A stretch of 64,000 nt of DNA, from positions 1-64,000 of the IMG/VR virus record IMGVR_UViG_3300025117_000038; one strand, given 5' to 3'. This document shows positions 1-10,856 of the stretch, in pieces. The translations under genes and the position numbers were made by a program. The stretch's first letter is position 1; each line of letters starts with the position of its first letter. The notes beneath the pieces are model-generated. The model saw only the letters and a list, made by a program, of their open reading frames with translations. It had not been told where the DNA came from and made no database searches. This stretch comes from a virus.

Positions 1-569
1 AATATAGGGATAATTTTCAAACTCCAAAGACAATTATTCTTCACAATGAAAATTATCCCTATATTGAGCGATTGGACAATATAATAGGGATTGAAGAATA
101 TGGACACCCAAAAGGAGAATATACTTTTCACTTGAAAAATAGTGAAATAGAAAAAAAGATAAAAAATATCGAACAAATGATTGTTTTGGATTAAAGAATA
201 AATATTAGGATAAAAAATGAATAATCCAAAATTACCCGACCTTAATTTCAAACAAGAACAGTGTCAGGTTTGTGGAAGAATCAATGAGTACCTTGGCAAA
301 AAAAGAAAGGCATGTCATAGTTGTCGTGGGGTATTTGAGAATAGAATTGATATCGCTTATTGGGTAGCTCCTAAAGGGAAGTACCTTATTCAACACAACC
401 AAGAGATTAAAAGACTAAAAACACTTGCTGAATATAGTGAAGAAAGAAGATTACATTATCTTCAAATTAACAAAGAAAAAAAAGATATATCGGGGAAAAA
501 TTAAATGAACTATTAGAAGACCTTCATGGTAAGGTTTATCCACTTTAACATTTTTATTAGAAGATTAAA

Positions 570-1571
570 ATGACCAAAAAAGAAATCATCAAAGAATTGG
601 AAAGTGGTGGAATCATTCAACATGGAAATTTGGTTTACCAAGTACGGGATGGTAGACTAACATACGCCCAAATTGATAAACGGGACTATTGGATTTCCAG
701 TGTTTATGAAAAAACTTCTTTATTTGCTTCGGCAAATGTAAAGACGGCCAAAATTTTTAAGAGTGAGGTTAACATGACACTATCAGATTTATGGAAGGCA
801 ATGGAAAACGGGAAGATAGTTTCTTCCGAAGACGGTACTATCAATTATAAAATTGATAATGGTACTCTTTATAAAAAAAGAGGGAATAGTCCTGATTGGC
901 ATTTGAGTTTTCATAATTATATTACGTTTACCGACAAAGCTATCAATACTACAAAATATATTATTAATGGAAATCCCCTAAAGAAAAAGAAAACAATAAA
1001 AAAAGAGGAAACAATGGATGATGTTATGGTTGCAAGGCAAATTGGTGATGAAATTGGGGCAAAAACAGCCGAAGAAATTTTGCTGAATGGTGGAATTGTT
1101 TCAAAGGAAGCCTGTGGAGTAGTTTATTATAGACTTATCAATAACAATCTCGAATATTTGTACCCCTCAGAGGGGCATTCTAAGTGGGACGATGAGGGAT
1201 GGGATTTAGAAACATTTATTAAATATAACAAAAGTAATAAATTCAGAATTATCTCTTTCGGAGAAAAGGAAAATAAGAAAGCCAAGAAAACACCCAATAC
1301 AACCTATGTTAAGAGTGTCCTTGATTCAATGGGGGATAGTTTTTTCAGTATTAAGTACAAAACCAAAGATGGTCGTATCAAAGAAATGAACTGTCGTACC
1401 GGGGTCAGTAAGTACACTAAGGGTATTGAAGCTAATCGTGCTGAAACTGACTCTGACAAAGGGCTAATCACTCTTTATAGTTTGAGTGACCAAGGATATC
1501 GTAGAGCTATTCTTGAGAATATCATGGAAATAAGGGGGAAGGGGGCAGTTATTACATTCAAAAAGGAGTAA
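570..1571 (+). CDS. Hypothetical protein with C-terminal SH3/Sm-like (WYL_2-like) beta-barrel domain
   Basis: C-terminal FFSIKYKTKDGRIKEMNCRTGV...LITLYSLSDQGYRR resembles phage WYL_2/DUF2693-type domains; paralogous to 14427..14759. Confidence 0.55.
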   Translation: MTKKEIIKELESGGIIQHGNLVYQVRDGRLTYAQIDKRDYWISSVYEKTSLFASANVKTAKIFKSEVNMTLSDLWKAMENGKIVSSEDGTINYKIDNGTLYKKRGNSPDWHLSFHNYITFTDKAINTTKYIINGNPLKKKKTIKKEETMDDVMVARQIGDEIGAKTAEEILLNGGIVSKEACGVVYYRLINNNLEYLYPSEGHSKWDDEGWDLETFIKYNKSNKFRIISFGEKENKKAKKTPNTTYVKSVLDSMGDSFFSIKYKTKDGRIKEMNCRTGVSKYTKGIEANRAETDSDKGLITLYSLSDQGYRRAILENIMEIRGKGAVITFKKE

Positions 1572-1958
1572 TATGTATTTTTCACTCGATTATAATTATG
1601 ACTTTGGCTTCCCTCTCTATATGGTTTATAGAGAGGGAGACTTGGTAAGAGTGTTTTGTAATCATCCTGATTATGGAAATGGGTATAATAACGCTGTAAA
1701 CTTTTTTAATCAATTGTCTATGGGGATGGTGACCGAAGAGGAAGTTACTACCCATAGAAGGAGATTGGGGCAGATATGACATACAAAGAACTTTTTGAAA
1801 AAATAAAAACATTCAATCAAAATGACCTAAATAAAGATGTTACTGTCTATGATAAAAATACTGATGAATTTTTTAGAGTTACTAATTTCGGTCGAATTGA
1901 TGAAAGTCACAGTGATATTCTTCAGTTTGGTCATCCTTTTATAGTGATAGGAGAATAA

Positions 1959-2192
1959 ATGGAAAAGAATTTATGTGGAAAGACGGTCAAGAAAGAAAAT
2001 CCATACGAGATATGGTCAAGTTATGATGGTAGTTGGAAATGGTATGTTCTAAAGAAATACCAGTCACCGTCAAAAGAAAAAATAAATCCTTACGCAAGAT
2101 GGTTTTGTTATGTAACATCACCATTGTGTGATGGAGAATATGGCGACGTTTATGTTAGTGAAATTAAAAGTGTAGGAGAAAAAATTAAATGA
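1959..2192 (+). CDS. Small phage protein, DUF2958-like
   Basis: WKWYV...WFCYVTSP..EYGDVYVSEI pattern. Confidence 0.4.
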   Translation: MEKNLCGKTVKKENPYEIWSSYDGSWKWYVLKKYQSPSKEKINPYARWFCYVTSPLCDGEYGDVYVSEIKSVGEKIK

Positions 2193-4160
2193 GTTATATT
2201 AATCATCCGAATTTTCAAGGGTATGGGGACAATCTTGGAACTTTTGATTTGGGTAGAGAAGTTAATGGAGTGTGGGTAGTCGCACTACGAAACAAAATAA
2301 GAATAACCAGTGTCGATAGAACGGTCATTATAGGTGATGAACCAGTTATAAAGATTGACGACATCATCCACGTTGATGCAAAATATATCGAGAGGTAATT
2401 ATGGACTTTACATATCTCAATCAACCACCAAGAAAATGGACATTTGAACAACCACTGTGTTGGTAGAAAGGAAACTATAATGTCTAACATGAGTTATTGT
2501 AGATTTCGTAATACATTAAAGGACTTACAGGATTGCTATGATAATTGGGACAATGAAACATCTTTTGAAGAAGAGGTATCAAAAGAGAAATTAGTAAATC
2601 TTTGCCAAGATATCATTAGTGATTATAGTGAGGAAGAAGATGTTTAATTCAGAACAAGAAGCATTGGATTGGTTTAATAGAGACAAAAACGACCAAGAGG
2701 AGATTTCGGTTTTTCAATGTGACTGTTGCGGTCAATGGTCGGCACTTGAAACAGATGATACAAATGGACAGATAGTTGAATTGCTAAATGGTAAATACAC
2801 CGAATATCTATGTATTGATTGCGAATCATTTTTATCAAGACCGGATAATTTTCAGTAATATTTTCGTAAAAAATTTTAGAAAACAAAGGATAAACAATGA
2901 CTACAATATACAGTAGAAATGCATCAACAAGAATTGTTAATGCATTTAATAATACCAAAGTTCCAATGTCAATGGTATTTCCAAAAGAAAGAAGAGATAT
3001 CGACACTCCGATACATGAAATCATAGAAGATTGTTTCTCTGATTTAATACAAGATTATCTGACAATGCGCCATCTTGTCCTTATAATATCACGTACTATG
3101 GGGAACAGGTCTATCGAACAAATAAGAAAGTGCGATGGAATTAATGATGGCCAAATGAAATCGGGGATATTGGGGGATATTATTGAAATGGCAAGAACTC
3201 GTGAAGAAAGAATAATTCCATTAAATAAAATTTATGGAGAATAAAAACTATGGAAATAGGAACAATTTTATACAAATTGGGAAATAAAGGAGAAAATTGA
3301 ATGATGAACTTTCATTATGAGGTTATAAGAGAGAAGTGGGCTAAACTCAAACGGCACAGATATTGGTTCGATGTTATCGACTTCAACATCAGGCTGTCAT
3401 ATTATTATGAGGAATCGCGCCCCACCACACGGCATAAATATAGAACAGACCGCTATTATAACTACTATGATAGACGCGAATCAAATATAAAAATTGAGAA
3501 CATCATTATTCCCGATGACGTGAAAAATGAAGCCCTTTTCAGGATTCGCTATATGATTGATTTTAAGGAGGACAAAAATGAAATTCAAAAAAGTTAATCT
3601 AAGTGAACATCAGATAGGATTAGTTTACTACTTACTCAGAAAAGTAAGGGAGCACTTTCTTCTTAAGTCAAGAGAAGAGGATGTTTTCAGAGTAGATGAA
3701 ATCATCGAAGAGATTCTATTAAGATTTCACTTGAAGAAGAAAAATAACATCAACTACAAAGACCCCTCTGATATTGAAGATGATTGGGAATTGGAACCGA
3801 TGGTGGTTAAGGAATTACATACTGATAGAATCTATTCCGATGGAATAACTGCTCATTGTATTAAATGCAAATACAAAGGAGATGGATTCAGAGAATACAA
3901 CTTACATCACAGTGATTTACTATTAATCGAATGCCCACGATGTGGAGAGGGGAACTACTATCAAAAAGGAGACTAAATGTTCGCTTTTACGGTAAAAATA
4001 AAGGTCGTTTATAAAGGATGTCCATATGATGTCGGCACGATAGGATATTTTGGTGGGGTTGATTGTACCAATGGAATAGGATATTTCGAAAAACACAAAT
4101 CCCTTCTGAGGAAAAGATATAGACTACCATTTAAGAATGTGGAAATTTTAGGGAGAAATA

Positions 4161-4661
4161 ATGATGAACAAATTTATTGAGTTACAAAATAAAACAATCA
4201 GAATAAGCAGAAGCAAATACTTTTCCAACATTGAGGATATTTTTGATGTTGAGGAAAGGATTCTCAACCGTATTACCAAACTAATAGAAGATGATACCAA
4301 TGGGAATAAATTAGAAGAACGAGACATTAACGTGTGGCAAATAGTGCGGTCTTCAGTGATTGATTCTGACAGAGCAGAAAAAAGGTTTTATAATTATTCT
4401 CAAGAAAAACAATCTCTTCATCAACTTCAAACACCAAAGGATTATACACTATTGTATCAGGCAATTGAAAACTTACCATATAATTATAAAAGAGCCATTG
4501 AACTTAATTTTTTCGATGGTTATCAAATACATGAAATTGCTCAGGTCATGGAATGTTCTTTGGGTACAGCCAGTCGATGGAGAAAAGAAGGCCTAAAAGA
4601 ATTGAAAAAGAAAATAGAAAAAACATCATCCGTATTAAAAGAATTCAGAATAGGAGAATAA
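4161..4661 (+). CDS. Sigma-70 region 4 (ECF-like) HTH protein
   Basis: LYQAIENLPYNYKRAIELNFFDGYQIHEIAQVMECSLGTASRWRKEGLKELKK is a typical sigma region 4. Confidence 0.8.
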   Translation: MMNKFIELQNKTIRISRSKYFSNIEDIFDVEERILNRITKLIEDDTNGNKLEERDINVWQIVRSSVIDSDRAEKRFYNYSQEKQSLHQLQTPKDYTLLYQAIENLPYNYKRAIELNFFDGYQIHEIAQVMECSLGTASRWRKEGLKELKKKIEKTSSVLKEFRIGE

Positions 4662-4882
4662 AAATGAATAAAATATATTCAATCGAAACAGCTAAAGAAA
4701 GATTATACGGAAGACAGAAAGTAAGACGGGTTGATGGTACAATCTTTCATGCAGAAAAAGTCGGCAGGAGAGTCTACGTTTTCGCAAAACGTAAGGGTAA
4801 ACCAACACCATACTGTCCAAGTATCGGAACATTTGGTGTTTTGAATAAAAACATGAAATTCACAAAATAAAAGGAAAATATT

Positions 4883-6037
4883 ATGTATAAAATTTACAAC
4901 GCAATATCTTTAATCCCCGAAGAAGAAATTGAATTAAGTGCTTTAGAGCAGATTGCAAGAGTTTCAAAACATCCTTACTTGGACGCCCCGTTTATTATTC
5001 TCCCCGATGTTCACGCAGGTGAGGGGGCAACTATCGGGTCGGTTATTCCACTCATTAATTTTATTTCACCGAGCATGATTGGGTATGATATCGGATGTGG
5101 AATATGGTGTGAAAGACTTGACTTTGGACATGCTCCTTTTGATAACATCTCTCTTGCAAGATTGGAAGATTTTATCAGAACGAATATTCCACTGGGATTC
5201 AATCATCGTACAACCGTTGACGGTATTGGGGATTTTGTTTACAAAACAGGGCAAAGATTTATCAGTGAAACATTCGAAATAAACGAAAAATACAATCTCA
5301 ATGCATTACTCTCACTCGGTACTCTTGGCGGTGGGAATCATTTTATTGAACTTACCAGAGGAGATGATGGGTTTGTTTATCTATTAATTCATTCTGGGTC
5401 AAGAAATATCGGGCATCGTATTGCATCGGAGTATATGGAAAAAGCCAAAACTACGGCAGAATATACCAATGGGCTCATCCCAACTGGTTTAGGTGGGTTC
5501 TCCGAAGGCGATGATGATTATGATAATTACTATGAAGAATATCTTTATGCTACTTCTTTTGCTCATCAAAATAGAAACATCATGGCTAAATTGATTATTA
5601 ATTACATGGCTCAAGAAGGTTTAATCAGTGGTAGTTTGGGATGGATTGATACTCCACATAATTTTCTTCACGTCGATATTATTAACAGTCAAATAATTCA
5701 TTATAAAGGAGCCATTAATGCTTTTGATAGTGCTATCGTGGCCGGGTCAATGGGAACCAACAGTTATATAGTACAATCAACACCTGAAGCACAGAAAATT
5801 CATTGGGCATGTTCGCATGGTGCAGGTCGCAGATTTTCGAGAAAACAAGCTAAGGAGATTTTGTCGGTAGATGATTTTAAGAGGATGGTAAGAGATGTTT
5901 ATGGATGTCAAACTGACCAGAACCATATTGACGAGTCTCCTATGGCGTATAAAGATATCGAATATGTTATGGAATCGCAAGGAAAAACAATTGTCATTAA
6001 AACCAAGTTGACTCCATTTTTTAACATTAAGGGGTAA
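4883..6037 (+). CDS. rtcB: RtcB family RNA ligase (2',3'-cyclic phosphate/5'-OH)
   Basis: Motifs PDVHAG, IGYDIGCG, LGTLGGGNHFIE, IHSGSR, HN, GSMGT, HGAGR, DESPMAYK. Confidence 0.95.
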   Translation: MYKIYNAISLIPEEEIELSALEQIARVSKHPYLDAPFIILPDVHAGEGATIGSVIPLINFISPSMIGYDIGCGIWCERLDFGHAPFDNISLARLEDFIRTNIPLGFNHRTTVDGIGDFVYKTGQRFISETFEINEKYNLNALLSLGTLGGGNHFIELTRGDDGFVYLLIHSGSRNIGHRIASEYMEKAKTTAEYTNGLIPTGLGGFSEGDDDYDNYYEEYLYATSFAHQNRNIMAKLIINYMAQEGLISGSLGWIDTPHNFLHVDIINSQIIHYKGAINAFDSAIVAGSMGTNSYIVQSTPEAQKIHWACSHGAGRRFSRKQAKEILSVDDFKRMVRDVYGCQTDQNHIDESPMAYKDIEYVMESQGKTIVIKTKLTPFFNIKG

Positions 6038-6194
6038 TTATGTCTATATTAGAAACACTTTTTGGTGCATTTATACTGGGATTGTTGCTTTTTATAAATG
6101 CTCTTATGGAATATCCAAGTCCTACATTTTTCGAAGGTATGATGGGTATTTTTATTATCAGAATACTACTTTATGTCTTTGACAAGGAAGATAT

Positions 6195-7169
6195 ATGAAA
6201 TTAGAAGATATCGGTTTTTATACCTTATCAGATTATAGAGTAAGTCAAGCTTCGGCACAGTCTCCCCTGTGGCGATGTGAATTGATTTTGACTGATAGGT
6301 GCAATTTCAAATGCAACTATTGTAGAGGATTAAAAACAAACATACAAGGTGACCTTAATTGGAATGAGGCACATCGAATTGTTGATTATTGGATATCTCA
6401 GGGACTAAAGAATATTAGATTCTCAGGTGGTGAACCGATGGTGAAATATGACTTGTTGTGTTCTTTGGTCAGGAAATGCAAAAAAGCCGGGGTCGAACAC
6501 ATCGCCATATCAACTAATGGTTCTTATCCTCTTGGGAAGTATTATTACCTGCACTCTCTTGGTGTTAACGATTTCTCAATATCATTTGATAGTGCCTTTT
6601 GTTGTACTGCCGAATTAATGTCGGGGAAGTGTAATTCATTTGAAACCATCTGTACTAATATTGAAGAATTAGCACGTATTACATATGTAACATTAGGAAT
6701 TGTGTTTACTCCCGATAATGTTGGTCATGCTCTTGATACAATCGGCAGGGGACATTCTTTTAACCCTGCTGACATCAGGATTATTCCTTCGGCACAGTAT
6801 AACAAACAATTGTCTGATATAGGGAAAAATATTGATAATTCTCTCTTAGAGTGCCATCCCATTTTGAAATATCGGATAAATAATATTCGTGATGGTCGTC
6901 ATGTCAGGGGTATTGATAAATCTTGTGACAGATGTTATATGGCTCTTGATGATATGGCTGTGGCTCAGGGATATCATTTCCCTTGTATTATTTACATGAG
7001 AGAGCAGGGTGATTATATTGGTAAGATTGGTGCATTCACAAGACGAGACAGGTTTATGTGGGTAATCGGTCATGATATATCAAATGACCCTATTTGCAAG
7101 AAAAATTGTCTTGATGTTTGTGTTGATTATAATATGAAATTCAAAGAAAGGTTATTAAATGGACAATGA
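6195..7169 (+). CDS. Radical SAM enzyme (MoaA/PqqE-like fold), substrate unknown
   Basis: CNFKCNYC motif, FSGGEP, STNGS, Cys-rich C-terminus. Confidence 0.9.
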   Translation: MKLEDIGFYTLSDYRVSQASAQSPLWRCELILTDRCNFKCNYCRGLKTNIQGDLNWNEAHRIVDYWISQGLKNIRFSGGEPMVKYDLLCSLVRKCKKAGVEHIAISTNGSYPLGKYYYLHSLGVNDFSISFDSAFCCTAELMSGKCNSFETICTNIEELARITYVTLGIVFTPDNVGHALDTIGRGHSFNPADIRIIPSAQYNKQLSDIGKNIDNSLLECHPILKYRINNIRDGRHVRGIDKSCDRCYMALDDMAVAQGYHFPCIIYMREQGDYIGKIGAFTRRDRFMWVIGHDISNDPICKKNCLDVCVDYNMKFKERLLNGQ

Positions 7170-7220
7170 AAGATTGGAAAAATTAAAAAATATGATAGAA
7201 AAAACCAAAGGAGAATAAAA

Positions 7221-7616
7221 ATGAATAAGTGGATGAAAACCGATAGGGAAATAATTAAAAAAACTATTCAACATAAAATTGACCCGTTGATAGGTGCAAT
7301 ACGAAGGGGAGATAAAAAAATCAGAGTCAGAGATATTATGGATGGGAATTCACAGAAAAAATCGAAAAGTCTTTGGACGTTTTTTAATTCTGTCGTACAT
7401 TGTGGATGTTGTCAGAAGTATCGAATTGAGGGGGGTAATTGTGGAAGTTGTCCCTTGTATGATAAATATACACACAAAGCATGTTGCGAAACCGATATTT
7501 ACAATCGGTGTGACAAAAGTATAAATGATTATGTATTTGAAAATGGTAGTCCAATCGTAGCGATTGTAAGTTTAATAGAATTAAAAAATTGGGTTTTTTC
7601 AAGGATAGGAAAATAA
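7221..7616 (+). CDS. Cys-rich hypothetical protein, paralog of 8169..8585
   Basis: HCGCC...NCGSCPL motif; shared TIxHKIxP.I N-terminus. Confidence 0.55.
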   Translation: MNKWMKTDREIIKKTIQHKIDPLIGAIRRGDKKIRVRDIMDGNSQKKSKSLWTFFNSVVHCGCCQKYRIEGGNCGSCPLYDKYTHKACCETDIYNRCDKSINDYVFENGSPIVAIVSLIELKNWVFSRIGK

Positions 7617-8168
7617 ATGGAAATAGAAGTCAGAGAAAATCCGAGGGTAGCTCATTCATATGATGTTATTGTATGGTTCAAAGATTTCCCATATGGGTTG
7701 AGCCATCATCTTTTAGAGAGACGGTCATATGAGGTAGCGGTTGAACTTGCTAACGAAATAAAAGACAGTTTAGTGTTCATGAAAATAAAAAAGAGGAGAG
7801 TATGAAAGTTTCAGCAAAAAAAATGAGAGAAAAATTGAGGGAGAAACATATTTTTAACTCTTTTCAGTTAGCTGGGCATGGAAATGTTTATATAACAAAA
7901 CAAAATCAAGACCGTGGAAGATGGTCACAACCTGCTAAATATGTAGTTGTTCGTCCAGGATTCATAACTAATTCTAGTGCTCCTTGGTATGATAGTGGTT
8001 GTAAGGTTTTTACTATTCGCGGCAGGGATGAAGAGAAGGGGTGTTTAGAGGAAGCACAAGAATGGGCATCCAAAAAGTATAATATCGAAGAGTGGGGTAA
8101 GACTCCATTCGGAACTTGGATGGATAGTAAGGTTCTATCAAAAAGATTAAAAGAGATAGGAGTGACAG

Positions 8169-8585
8169 ATGATAGAAAAGGCAATTAAATTAACCATTAC
8201 TCACAAGATTATCCCTATTATCAATCGTGTAAAGCGAGGGAAGTGGAGAATAAGAGCCAGTACGTTTGCGATTGATAAGTATATAAACAGTATTAAATGT
8301 AATTCTGTTATATCCAAAAAAAACGATTTACAAAACGTAAGTGAGAAAAAAGAAAATTACGATTTACTTAAGTTTTTTGGTACTTACAAACATTGTGCTG
8401 TTTGTGTAGAAATGAGTTTCAATTGTATTGATTGTCCTTTGGGTGATTTTAGGGGCAAGAAGCAGATTCCATGTTTCCATAAAACTCTTTATAAGAGAAT
8501 TGAAAGGTTATTGAAAGACGAGAATCCATCGGTAGTCGAGGATTTGGAAAAATTAAAAGAATGGATGGAAGGAAAGATAAAATGA
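8169..8585 (+). CDS. Cys-rich hypothetical protein, paralog of 7221..7616
   Basis: HCAVC...NCIDCPL motif. Confidence 0.55.
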   Translation: MIEKAIKLTITHKIIPIINRVKRGKWRIRASTFAIDKYINSIKCNSVISKKNDLQNVSEKKENYDLLKFFGTYKHCAVCVEMSFNCIDCPLGDFRGKKQIPCFHKTLYKRIERLLKDENPSVVEDLEKLKEWMEGKIK

Positions 8586-9028
8586 AATATTTTCCAAAAA
8601 GTAAAGCAGGGTATCAGAGGGATAAGTGGTTAAGAATAGCGGAGGCATATTTAACTCCGTTTAGTGAGAGGGACGGGGTACAGAAAGACATTAGTGAAAG
8701 TGGACTATGTTGGGCTGAATTTATATTAAATCATGAACATATTTATATGCAGAGTAATTACTTGTTTTATTTTCATCCATCTTCTCCGGGATTTTCATAT
8801 TGGTGGCCTGTAAGAAAGTATATGGGTACTATCGCATATAGAAATTTCAGTGATAAGGATGGTATAATGGATAGTGAAGGTTGTGCAGTACCTTCTTTGA
8901 AGTTATCCCAAATAGTGATTCAAACAAGGGCTGACGAATTGCGCGGTTTGGTAGCTTGTTTTATAGCAACCATGCCAGAAGACATGAGGAAGGATTTTGA
9001 ATGATATCCCTTTATATATAACATTATA

Positions 9029-9074
9029 CCAGAGACTGACGTTAAATAACATTATATATAATATTATATATAAC
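9029..9074. repeat. ~46-bp element (CCAGAGACTGACGTTAA plus AT palindrome); inverted copy at 32413..32458
   Basis: Exact 17-mer shared in reverse complement, plus palindrome TTATATATAATATTATATATAA. Confidence 0.85.
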
Positions 9075-9631
9075 ATTTAGTACTACACTTGACGTCTAAC
9101 CTTACTCTTCAAGTATAACGTCAAGAGTAGTTTCTTATTTTATTAATAAGATTAATAAAATAATAAACACAGGGAAGCCCTGTGACAATAATTATGCCGA
9201 ATTTTTTATTTGGATGAAATCGAGACGTTTGGTCTTAAAATACTGACGGCAAGGTGGTATGAATGGTCAGCATAAATAAAAATCAAGCAGACGTAAGGTG
9301 AAGGGCGCGGCCATTCAGTCGGCTAATCAAGTTGTTTTGGAAAATGCCCTACTACCCTTTTTTGTTCAAAACAAAGACCACCAATCGGTTGGAGCAGTTT
9401 TAGGAGAATTAACAGACTTGAAACGGAAGGGTAGAGCCAAAAAACAGTTAAAGAGGGGTTGTAAGAATGGGCAAAAAACTGCGAAAGAGGCTTGCTGTGG
9501 AGTTTTCTTAGTTTAACCCATAGATTGGTATGGATAACGGTAAAAAGTGTCTTAGAATCGAGATATGGCGGTTTTTTGAGGATAGGTAAAAGTGAACTGA
9601 ATCACAGATTGTCAAATTCGTGAGGTTGCGT

Positions 9632-9751
9632 GGTTTTCGACTTTTTTTTCGAAAAGTTTTTCGAATTAGTTTTCAAAAAGATTTTCAAACAAATTTTCAA
9701 ATTAGTTTTTGAAAAAGTTTTCGAACAAAATTTCAAACTTTTGTTTAGAAA
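9632..9751. repeat. Tandem array of ~10 degenerate 12-bp quasi-palindromic units (core TTTTCRAA)
   Basis: Units such as GTTTTTCGAATT, AGTTTTCAAAAA, GATTTTCAAACA, AGTTTTCGAACA at 12-bp period. Confidence 0.8.
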
Positions 9752-10465
9752 GGTGTTAAAATGAGGTATTTTACTGGTGATATGGCAGGTTGTCAATCTT
9801 CGAGAAGGAAGGAATTTAAGGCGGTTTATTATCCCAATAAAGAGATTCCATTTAATGGTAAAGCGTTTGTAAGGTGGTGTGATTATTTTAGGTTGGACTC
9901 ATATGATATTATTAGGGTGGTGTGGAATTTATTGGGGGAGTTTGGTTGCCAATTTTACCGTTATCCATATCAATATTATAATATTGGTAATAATTGTCAG
10001 GGAATGCCTGTAATAAATCCCGATATATGGGAGGGGATAAAAAAATATTATAATAACCCTATATTTATAAAAGAAGATAAAAGGAGTGAGGAGTTTTTAC
10101 AGGCTATACTGTTTTGTCTGTATTCTCAAGGGGCGATAGAATAATAGATAGTTATTAAAATAAGAAAGGAGCTATGGTGATTAAAGAGAAAGACGATTTG
10201 GAGAAAAGTGAATCAAAACAATTTACCGCAGACAATTTAAGAGAATGGGCCGACTATCTTGACAATCGCACAATAATAAGACCTTCAGGGATTAACCCAG
10301 CCACCGCGCCGGAGACGCTGGAATTATTAAAAGATATTCTCGAATGGGACGGAATATTGCCCCACAGCAAAGAGAGAATCCGTGCCATCATTGCCAGAGC
10401 GGAGAAGGGGAAAAGTATTATATTCAAATCATGACAAAATGGCAGTCCGACTGACATGTTGGCAG

Positions 10466-10483
10466 TGTGTCAAATTTGACACA
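10466..10483. promoter_or_regulatory. Perfect 18-bp palindrome TGTGTCAAATTTGACACA (operator-like); 1-mismatch copy at 11656..11673
   Basis: Seen directly; both copies lie in the gene-poor control region. Confidence 0.65.
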
Positions 10484-10496
10484 GTTTGTCAAGTTT

Positions 10497-10524
10497 TCTT
10501 TACATAATGTGCGGTAAACCGAAC
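10497..10524 (-). other. dif-like Xer recombination site
   Basis: Minus strand GTTCGGTTTAC-CGCACA-TTATGTAAAGA; good XerD-like arm, divergent XerC-like arm. Confidence 0.4.
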
Positions 10525-10746
10525 ATAGGTGTCGTGTATTTATAACAAACTGTTGTAAATATACAACAAGGTGGGAGAAAGTGGGGAAAAAGGGTAAGTT
10601 ATTGGGTATGAAATGGGTATAAAAGGGGTATAAAGGATACCCATTGCCTCATTACGCATACAACTCCTTAAACGCCAATGACTTACGCCTCCCCACCCTC
10701 TCTCTTTTTGCTCCTAATATGGATAAATATACCCATTTATCCATAA

Positions 10747-10762
10747 TGTTTCACGTGAAACA
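10747..10762. promoter_or_regulatory. parS site (ParB/Spo0J consensus)
   Basis: TGTTTCACGTGAAACA, exact match to the widespread chromosomal parS consensus, intergenic. Confidence 0.85.
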
Positions 10763-10787
10763 TTTTATATATGCAAGTTTTTACACA

Positions 10788-10823
10788 TACTAAAGAAGTG
10801 ATAACTTCTTTCGTTGTTCACTA
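10788..10823 (+). mobile_element. 32-bp micro-element copy 1, TA-flanked
   Basis: TA-CTAAAGAAGTGATAACTTCTTTCGTTGTTCAC-TA; homologous to 17912..17947 and 25668..25703. Confidence 0.75.
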
Positions 10824-10856
10824 AAAAAAATCCCCTGTTTTTGGCAGGGGATTCTT
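10823..10856 (-). terminator. Rho-independent terminator for leftward early genes
   Basis: Minus strand ATCCCCTG-loop-CAGGGGAT followed by a T run. Confidence 0.75.
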
